From Nemertoderma westbladi (Eukaryota > Animalia > Xenacoelomorpha), in NCBI GenBank assembly GCA_032718475.1, contig JAUCBJ010008614.1, positions 1 to 64,000 on the forward strand: a stretch of DNA of 64,000 bases, read 5' to 3'. Made by a program: the position numbers and the translations under genes. Under the pieces are notes generated by a model. That model searched no databases, was not told the origin of the DNA, and worked only from the letters and a program-made list of their open reading frames with translations. Below are positions 55,100 to 64,000 of the stretch, piece after piece. Within the stretch, counting starts at the first letter, position 1; every line of letters starts with the position of its first letter.

Positions 55100-55494
55100 A
55101 ATGAGCGACATTTACTCAATTTTCATTAAATATAACTGAAATTCGATACACAGACAGTCCAGCATAGGTACTTAATGATGTTAAAAAAATTTGTCATGAG
55201 AGATCGATTTTCCCTTCGTGCAGCACGTGAGAAAAAATATTGTCCCAATGTATATTTTTCATGAAGTACGCACTTCTCCTGCAGTCCTGACTGCCTGAGG
55301 TGGACTACACACAACACATAGGCCTAAATCATATGTCCAGTACACATTGTGCAATGGATATGGAGGGTATGTCTACTGTAATTACTGCTGTAGCTGTACA
55401 GCATTCCGTACCGGTACCGGCACCGGTACTGCTGTATGCCTACTGTGTAGCCTACCATTTAAATACGGTACTGGTAGGCCTACCGGCTGACCGG

Positions 55495-56060
55495 TTGTTT
55501 TGGTTAGAAATCCCGCGTGGTTAGAAAATCTGTAACCTGCTCCTTTGCCTGATTTGGTAAAGTGACCGTTTATTGTTTTGGTTAGAAAAGGCCCGCCTCT
55601 GTAACCTGCTCCTTTCCTTCATTTTGTAAAGTGACTGTTTATTGTTTTGGTTAGAAATCCCGCCTCTGTAACCTGCCCCTTTCCCTCAATTAAATAAGTG
55701 ATCGTTTATTGTTTTGGTTAGGAAATCCCGCCTCTGTAACCTGCTCCTTTCTCTCAATTGGTAATGTTATCTTTTATTGTTTTGGTTAGAAAATCCCGTC
55801 TCTGTCTGTCTGTAACCTGTTCCTTTCCCGCAGGCAGGCAGGCATAGATAAATAGCAGAATGGTAATTAAACTTAAACGTATAAGTTTTTCTCCACAGGC
55901 ATAGATAAATAGCCAGAATGGTAATTAAAAGTATAAGTCTTTCTCCACAGGCATAGATAAATAGCCAGAATGGTAAATAAAAGTATAAGTCTTTCGCCAC
56001 AGGCATAGATAAATAGCCAGAATGGTAATTAAACGCATAAGTGTTTCACCACGGGCATAG
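55495..56060. repeat. Second ~67 bp array (about 5 copies) followed by a ~52 bp array (about 4 copies)
   Basis: Same unit as 52175-52710, then ccacaggcatagataaatagccagaatggtaattaaaagtataagtc repeats. Confidence 0.85.
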
Positions 56061-56589
56061 GGAAAATCGACAAAAAAATTGCCCCCACTGGTACGGATTC
56101 AGGTCATTACCTGTCTGTCAAATGTGTCTGACAATTTTCAAACTATTAAAAATATTGTACTTAAGTATATTGTATCTATTACTTTGCAGTGTATGCACCC
56201 TCAATTGCTTACTTGATATATTTTGTAACGTATGAGGTCTCTGAAATTTATACGACGTTTATCAGTTTATGTCTGTCTGTATGACCGTCTGTCCGTTTGT
56301 CCACCGTCTGTCTGTTTCTCTGGTATGCTACAATTATTAATGAAATATAAAATTCATATCAGTAAAACAAGACAATCAAAGTTCAGTATAATGATAAATG
56401 TACCCTGTCTGGTGTCTGTCGGTCTGACTGACTGTCTGTCAGTTTCTCTGCCCATTTTATATTGTATGATACAATTATCAATGAAATTTAAAATTCTTAC
56501 AAGTAAATCAAGACTATTCAAGGATAAATTGCATAACGTTACATATGTCGCACAAATAAGCAATGATGTGTTATACAACTATGGTAACA

Positions 56590-56745
56590 TATCATTTCCA
56601 AAACCCAGCATCACCCTGCAGAGACGGCGCCTGATGCTTGCTGGGCACAGTTTCCACCGACAGGATCAACCTGTACACAACCTTGTGCTGTGGTATCCGG
56701 CTGGTGAGAATAGAAGTGGTGGACAGCAAATTAATTTCTATCTGT
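56590..56745 (+). mobile_element. Short RTE-like LINE fragment
   Basis: RRRLMLAGHSFHRQDQPVHNLVLWYP, same region as the other two RTE-like fragments. Confidence 0.6.
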
Positions 56746-58770
56746 AACACTACTGTACTGTAGTAAATCGCTATGTTTTATTAAAGAATTTAGCAACAAA
56801 AAAATACAAATTTATGAATAAAATTACGTATTACATGGGAAAAAACATAGAACATTTTTTTTTTCAATATTCTCTCGACCCTCTATTAACCTCGCTGCCG
56901 CTCGGTAAATAAAATGTCTCGAGAATAATGAAAAAATGTTCTACTTTTTTTCCCATGTAATAAATAATTATGAACTAATTATGAACAATGGAGAATTTAA
57001 TTTTATTTATTTGTGGGGAATTTTTTGTAGTTATGCTCTTAAACTTTCTAGAACAACAAAATAATGACATGGTGACATACTGGAAACACTGTACAAGGTA
57101 AATGTGGGGCGAGCGACGAAAGTAAGCGAGCTTAGCATACAGGTACCACTAACTCAATCGGTGTGTCTGTTGATCTGTCGATCTGTTGTGTCCAATTTTA
57201 AACGTTAATAACTCAGCCAAATCTCGATAAAATATATCCAAACTTGGTAATGTAGACTGGCAAAAGTGTAGAAATTTTCCAAGTTGAATTTGCGTGGGTC
57301 TTCGTGCAGCATCTGTGTAACTGTCTTACAGTTATAATAAATATATCTACCCAACAATTATTAGGCTTGGCATCAGCTCGTTGCTAGGAGACTGCAGGAT
57401 ATATCAGGTGGGTTTGAAATTCAGCAATACCGGTACAATGCATCAATAATGTGGCCTTGGGAAGTGTGGTAGGCCTATTTCACTTTCTTCAGCTATATTC
57501 CGGTACGACACCGGTACCATGAGATGCCTGTACTCAGTACCGGTACTGCTCACTGCTGTTGCTGTATGTGGTAGGCCTAGCTTTCTAGGCTGGTTGTCAG
57601 TCTGTCAGTGTAGTACTGCTACTGCATTATCTGAGTATTGGTACGTGTGGTAGGGAAGGGAGTCCAGCAATTGCCTGAGTGATGTCTGAATTGCGATATC
57701 GCGACTATATCATGTACCGGTACGGTACCTTAATCTAATTATATGTTTTACAGTACGGTACCGGTACTGTTACAGTGGTACAGAGTTACCGGCACCGGTA
57801 CCGTCTTCAGGTCGTTGGCGCCACCCACCATTCGGCTCGGCAACGGCAGCCATGCAGCCATGGAAGTTTTGCAATTATGCGGACTTAAGACAGACTGACA
57901 TATTGTCAGGTTGTACCAGCTGACCTTTATTCCATGTTCCGGTATCCACTACTGCACTAGGTACCCCAACAGCCCAATACTGCAATACCGCCCAGCAACG
58001 TTTAAGAATTGTACCGGTACTCAAACTGTACTCTGTCTGTTGCAGTGTCGTTGGCGACCTCGACTTTTGGTATCGCTACTGCGCTAGTGCTACGGGCAAA
58101 CTGGACTAACCGATAAGCGAGACCCGAGGACTGAAGAATGCATTGAATTTTTTTAGTAGTTTGACTGTGGACTTCTATGACATCGATGCCAAGCTGCCAA
58201 TGCGAAAGTTTTTTTTTTAAGTAAAAGTTTGGTTAAATTTTCTTAATTATTTATTTAAATTTCTTAAGTACCGATTTGGGGATAGAATTGCTCAATTTTA
58301 ATCTGTATCTAATAACTGACCTCGTCCTGCGCGATGGCCCCACGAACGTGTATGGCGTGAAGATATGCTAGTGCGAAATTAATATAATTAATTATTATTA
58401 TTAATTATTAATTAATAATTTTTACCGGAAACGAGTTTTATAAATGGGCCCTAATATATAGATAAAAAAAGGATAAATTATATAGTTGTAGAAAAAATAG
58501 TTATTGATAAAAAAAAATACGTGTCAGAAATAACTTCTTGTCACTACTGTAATTTAATTTAACCGAAATTCAGATGTTCTGCCCTCGTGTATTGAATTTT
58601 GCATTCGATGGCATTTTATGTGCAATTCCTACAAAACCTAAAACTCTCAGACGACTGCATAATTTAATTTGGGTATATTAAAATTAGTGACAAAAAGTGC
58701 TTATTTCCGAGACAGTTCTCTTATCGAAGAACATTACTTTCTCAGCAAGTCCATATATAGATCAGAATTA

Positions 58771-58841
58771 TTATATCTTTGCACTAAGCCCACACTTTTG
58801 GTGTGTTATATTTCTCAGCAAGTCCTGTAAAGATAAGTATC
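58771..58841 (-). CDS. Candidate terminal exon of the type II membrane protein
   Basis: tttcgcag|GA TAC gives (G)YLSLQDLLRNITHQKCGLSAKI-stop, phase compatible with an NIT sequon; an alternative AG 17 nt further on is also possible. Confidence 0.3.
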
Positions 58842-59393
58842 CTGCGAAACCTACCCGACAGCAAATAAATAACACATTCCCACGATCCGATCAAAATTGC
58901 TAAATGTCTACAGGGGCCAGTCAGCCTTAAGGGGGCCAACTATAACTATTATTAATTAATTATTTTTTGACTTCGAAACTGCTCTTTTCAACAACATAAT
59001 ATATTGCTGATATTTATGACTCTCTGTATAAAACAACCTTTTTATCAGTTTGTCGATTTTGACTTTTTTCATCACTAAATTCCCAACTATTATATTTTTT
59101 ACTCAATTGCCATCAAACATATACCAAAATGTCCAGCAGCTTTAGGACTACCATCGTTGGTTTTGTAAAACATGGCCTGGCCATTTGGCCGATTTTGTAA
59201 TAATGTCGCACTGCGATATAAAGCTGGAAAATATGTCGCCCTGGCGATTTGGTAGTGCGAAATCAATTCTACAAATCAAAAATCAATTCTACATTCTACA
59301 AATATATAAATACAATTCCCGACGTTTGCGACGTTTACAAAATCTGCAAAGAATCACTCAGCTTCTGTGCCCTATAGTCAAGTAGACACTAAC

Positions 59394-59525
59394 CTAAGAG
59401 GACGTGGAAATTTGGTACAGCTGAGATTTGTTTACAGTTTCTATTCAATTCGAGGGTGCTGTTCCCGAATCCGGTTGATGCCAAGTGTGAAAAGTTCAGC
59501 ATTTTGTTCTCAAAGCATTTATATT
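59394..59525 (-). CDS. Type II membrane protein, extracellular exon
   Basis: cttattctag|AA TAT gives (E)YKCFENKMLNFSHLASTGFGNSTLELNRNCKQISAVPNFHVLL, G|gttagt; 132 nt, phase 1-1, two Cys and two N-glycosylation sequons (NFS, NST). Confidence 0.55.
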
Positions 59526-59868
59526 CTAGAATAAGACTTGTGATGGGATACCATTGTTTTGGTTGATATAATTGATTTATTTTAATAGAATTGAGAATTA
59601 AAATACATCCGATTACAATCTGGACAAACGACGCAACGGACAAACGTGGACAATCTAACCATAGCAACTCTAATTTTTATAATCCTATACTTCTCATCGT
59701 CTCATCATATAATGTTTTACATGTATGAAATGCGTTATTTGAGCGTATTTAAAAAAAAATTATATATATTGATTCAAAAAAATACTCTTGTCTGAGTTTT
59801 CTCGAACCCAGTAAATATAACATAGTTCCTGCGCACTTTCGACTGAGGTATTTTTCGCATTTCCTATC

Positions 59869-59973
59869 ACTAATTTAGTGATAGAAAAACTCTCTCCGAC
59901 TAATTTAGTGATAGAAAAACTCTCTCCTACTAATTTAGTGATAGAAAAACTCTCCTACTAATTTAGTGATAGA
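59869..59973. repeat. ~29 bp tandem repeat, 4 copies
   Basis: actaatttagtgatagaaaaactctctcc. Confidence 0.85.
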
Positions 59974-60841
59974 TACTAAATAGTAATCATAGTAAGCGAA
60001 GCAGTATATACTATCTTGCTTTGATTTTTTTACCGATTTTATAGAGAAAGGGTGGATTTTTCATCCCTCTAGCATTTCATGATCACTTAAAGATAATAAA
60101 ATACAATATACCTACTTACATACAATACAGTACAGTACTGTACGGCATGTGCGTATGTAATCGGTAACAGGGTGGTAGGGGGTATAGGGGAACTTGACGC
60201 AAACCCAACCATTTAACAATGTTAATTACAAATTAAGGGAAAAGATCCCGGATTCTAATCAAAACAATAAACTAAGGTTAATAGAACAGGTTACAGTTTT
60301 ATTTTTGGTAGTCATCAGCTGTAAATTTCTTTGGTTTTCCCATGGGAGGAACGAGTTGTGTTGCTTTGGAAGTCCCCCCCCCCCCCCCCCCCCCCGGTTA
60401 CCGCTACCGTTATTTATTATCAGATACTTTCCGCGCAATAACGTTCATCCCTCTCCAGGGGAGAATCGTCGCAAATAACAGCTGATTACTCTCAAAAATA
60501 AATCCTGAAAACCTTTTCTATTGACTTTAGTTTGTTGTTTTGCTTAGAAAAACATGCCACTGTAACCTGCTCCTTTCCCTTTATTGATAATTTGACATTG
60601 AGGTGAGATATAAATTCGCCGAGATGGGATTTGCTTCGAATCCCCCCCCCCCCCCCCCCCCCCCCCTCTCTCTCTGAACATTAGTTTCAATACGTCTTCG
60701 TGCAAAGTTATTAAGTAGATACTCTGGATTATCATTATCTCTATAAGCTGCAACATTGCCCTTCCACCGCCGCCATAAAGACATTCCCTAAACCTAATTT
60801 TGACTGTTAAATTTATCAGTTGGTTGGTTATCTTCTCTAAC

Positions 60842-60943
60842 CAACAGGTTGGCTTTCAGATGTACTGGAATCCATTATATTACTAGCAGTTGTAGTAGCA
60901 GGAGTTTCAGTTGATGTTGTCGCAATGGTTGTTGGGCTTGATT
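60842..60943 (-). CDS. Type II membrane protein, Thr/Ser-rich mucin-like stalk exon
   Basis: tttttccacttag|AA TCA gives (E)SSPTTIATTSTETPATTTASNIMDSSTSESQPV, G|gttaga; 102 nt, phase 1-1, compatible with the upstream exon. Confidence 0.65.
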
Positions 60944-61413
60944 CTAAGTGGAAAAACATAAGACAACTATATATTATATTGATATATACAAATAATACCG
61001 TTATGCCAATGACTCCAACGTAGCACACCTTATTGTGTTGCTTCATTAATAGTCGCCACACCACACATGTACACATCTGCACAACTTACCTATACCTATG
61101 CTATAATGAATACTGTGGTTCGTTTTTTATTTGTCTTGTTCCCACTTAATCTTCAACTTCCCAACGCTTTTATTTCCTTTTTTAGCGCTTTAATCCTCGT
61201 TGCTTTACTTGTTCTCACTCACTAGGTTCGTTCATCTAATAAATCACTCGATTCAGCACAATGTCAACGGTTACTACACACACAAGTAGGCCTCTGTGTA
61301 ATGTAAACAGAAAACGTTACCTTTGCCGTATAGTACCTGACCTGAATGGATTTGAACTTTACTTGATCTACAATTAACCACCAATCTGGCCGTCTTGTTG
61401 ACCATCTACTAAC

Positions 61414-62522
61414 CTGTTCCGTGCGCATCCTGTTGTATCATGTTGTATTGGAGTAATTGATGCGCGTTCCGCTCAGTCAGTGTGTAAAGGTACAACCCAC
61501 CCACTGCCGATCCCGCAATAGCCAATACAACCAATATTAGTGCGACTATCGCCACCCACAATGCGGCTCGTTGGTGACACAAACAACAACGACTTCCTCC
61601 ACCTTGTACGGTTGATGTTTCCTTGTCCAGAGTGTCGTCTAGACTCCCCAGTCTGTTTAACTCTATTGCGATATCAGCTGAGCTCTCCTCATGAGAAGGT
61701 GCTGCTGTTTTCTTTCCATGTTTTTTCGGTTTATCTATTTTTTCAGTTTTATTAATCGGCTTATCTTTATCAGTTTTTTTATTCTTCTTTTTTTCTTTTT
61801 CGACTTTTGTCGCAGAAGATTCATCTTTAACATATCCAGGGTTAATCTCGCCCGTATTGTAGTATTCGTCGTGTGTACCTGTAACGCCCCCCGGCGAATC
61901 TCCAGAGTATGGATAAGTTGGTTTGAACGGAGGTGTTATATAGGAAGGCTGTTTTTGTATTTTTGGCTTTTCTTTCAATGTTGGTTTCTTCTTTTTTATT
62001 ACCGGCCCCGTGATTGGTTGTTGACTGCCTCCCACCTGGCCTGTGATTGGTTGTTGACTGCCTCTCGCCTGGCCTGTGATTGGTTGTTGACTGCCTCCCG
62101 CCTGGCCTGTGATTGGTTGTTGACTGCCTCTCGCCTGGCCTGTGATTGGTTGTTGACTGCCTCCCGCCTGGCCTGTGATTGGTCGCTGACTGACTCCCCC
62201 TACCCTTCCACTTGCGGCAGCTCCTTTCTGCTCGTTTCTCCGTACAAAGTGACCGATACTGTTCATCCTGTCCCTCTTGATCGTTTGGCTTACGGTCGCC
62301 TATTTCACTGGCAGTCTTTATATCGGAGTAATGGCCCTCTTCATCCTCACTATCTGACGAGCCCCCCACTTCCATGGTATTTATATAATCTGGGTCGTTT
62401 ACTGATATATTCTGGTATACATTGGAGGTCCTCGGGTTCTCCGGCGTTTCATTTGGTTTAAATTTTTTCCATTTTTTCTTTAACTTTTCCGCTAGATCAT
62501 CATCGGCTTGAACTGAATCCAT
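61414..62522 (-). CDS. Uncharacterised type II membrane protein, 5' coding region; needs one frame change near 62000-62270
   Basis: Two overlapping ORFs (62522 start; 62266-61409). Tyr-motif-rich acidic N-terminus, 11-aa repeats, Lys-rich segment, RCCLCH, then hydrophobic AALWVAIVALILVVLAIAGSAVGGLYLY; donor ACA G|gttagt at 61413. Confidence 0.65.
62007..62183. repeat. 33 bp tandem repeat (5-6 copies) inside the type II membrane gene
   Basis: ggcctgtgattggttgttgactgcctcccgcct, equal to GQAGGSQQPIT. Confidence 0.9.
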
Positions 62523-63171
62523 AATTTACTGAGCAGAATTTAGCGTTCTAAAATACTATTTTTTGTAATTATTATTATAGTTTGAGTAAATTAATTGTAC
62601 TGGCTAATTATATTCTACTATAATTCTATTGTAAGACTATGTATATAATAAAATTTTTCAAATTTTTTTCTGGAAAATGATATAGTTCGTTTATTGTTTT
62701 GGTTGAAGTTAGGTCTTATGTAACTTCTTGGAATGGAAAATAGTCTAAAGCTGTCTTAAAGACCCTAATTATATAATAAGTTATGGAAATGTAAATGTAA
62801 CAAAAATTATTGACACATTGAAAATTATTATAACAAAAATGAGTCTCCATCCCAACTCGTTATCTATTACAATACAGAGAGAGACTGAGATTGTTATTAA
62901 TTCGATATCGAAATATATATATATATATCGCACTAATCTAGTCTGCGCTCTGCGTACACTTCTAAGCCTAATCAACTAATGAAGCGCTCGTTGATTTAAA
63001 AGAGCTATCCATTGCAACCCTAGACCGATTTACAAGTTACGATTTTTTGAGCAACTTTTTAAGCAACTTGGTGAGTAACAGATCACGTTTCGTCGTAGTG
63101 TGAACACGAAGTTTACGGAAAACACGTTCACACGTTTAAACTGCAAACACGTTAAGTTACTCTAAATCAAC

Positions 63172-63502
63172 TTTAATTATAAATGAATTGTTGTGGGGAG
63201 GGTGACGGTGAATAAATATATATGTTATATTATATGTTTTGTACTTTCCTATGAGTGACTGTAAAAGGCCTATATATGATAGCCCACTCCAAAGTGAATA
63301 CATCTTCTACCGCCCTGGTAGCTCAGTGGTCTTAGGACACACACTCGGCTGATGATAACCGGAAGTTTGAAACCTAGGTACCGAGTTCGAGCCCCAATAG
63401 GGGCGGTTGATATTTTTCACTATGGAGAGCATTATCATAATATACTATAACATATATATTTATTCACCGTCACCCTCCCCACAACAATTCATTATAATTA
63501 AT
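63172..63502. mobile_element. MITE-like element (~55 bp TIRs) enclosing a tRNA-like sequence
   Basis: atgaattgttgtggggagggtgacggtgaataaatatatatgttata inverted at 63446-63495; internal gccctggtagctcagtgg...gagttcgagccc...ggggcg at 63312-63406. Confidence 0.75.
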
Positions 63503-63660
63503 TAACACGCATGGCCGCATACGGGGTTACAGTGGTTTCTACAACACTGTATAATAGTTATTCTTTGAGGCATGGTTGCCATTTCTGGCAGAGCACGGGA
63601 ATAACGTTGTACTTTCCTATGAGTGACTGTAAAAGGCCTATATATGATAGCCCACTCCAA

Positions 63661-64000
63661 GAATGCTACGCCGGGTACATTGTGTCAAGTACAATGCACA
63701 CATCTCCAACCAGACACTATATAACATTGGAGGTGTCTCATTGGTTCCCCCAAGCTTGACACTAGAACAAAATCGCCTCCGCTTTGCAGGACATTGCTTT
63801 CGCCGTGAGGACCAGCCAGTGCATAATCTTGTACTTTGGCAGCCTCATGGAGTGAATAAGCATGGTGGACAGCCCATGACTTTCTTGAGACGCATCTTAA
63901 AGGACACTGGCCTTAAAGATGCGGATGATCTAGCAAATGTCATGGGTGATAGGGAGTTGTGGCGGTGCAATTTTGTTGACAAGCCGGCACAGCATTCTTA
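63661..64000 (+). mobile_element. RTE-like LINE 3' end fragment
   Basis: Homologous to 843-1171 (cgcctccgctttgcagg...ggcacagcattctta). Confidence 0.75.

Overview
AT-rich, repeat-dense animal (invertebrate-like) genomic DNA with spliceosomal introns; not prokaryotic. It holds a complete 4-exon METTL3 (m6A writer) gene on the minus strand (27933 to 6863, 592 aa when spliced) and a complete 2-exon Chibby (CBY1-like) gene (34841 to 32648, 135 aa) with an X-box/forkhead promoter module. It also holds the first coding exon of a plus-strand SAM-domain gene (53552) and an unrecognised minus-strand type II membrane protein gene (62522 to ~58771). The rest is decayed LINEs (L2/CR1-group, CRE-like, RTE-like), tRNA-derived repeats, nested inverted-repeat elements, an orphan histone H3 exon and many minisatellites. 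The most striking structure is METTL3 intron 2: about 5.9 of its 6.0 kb is roughly 160 tandem copies of the gene's own exon-2/5'-splice-site junction. Only the first donor gives an intact protein. Several other arrays here also grew in place from local functional or TE sequence. Exon boundaries were read by eye from GT/AG and phase; copy numbers are length/unit estimates.
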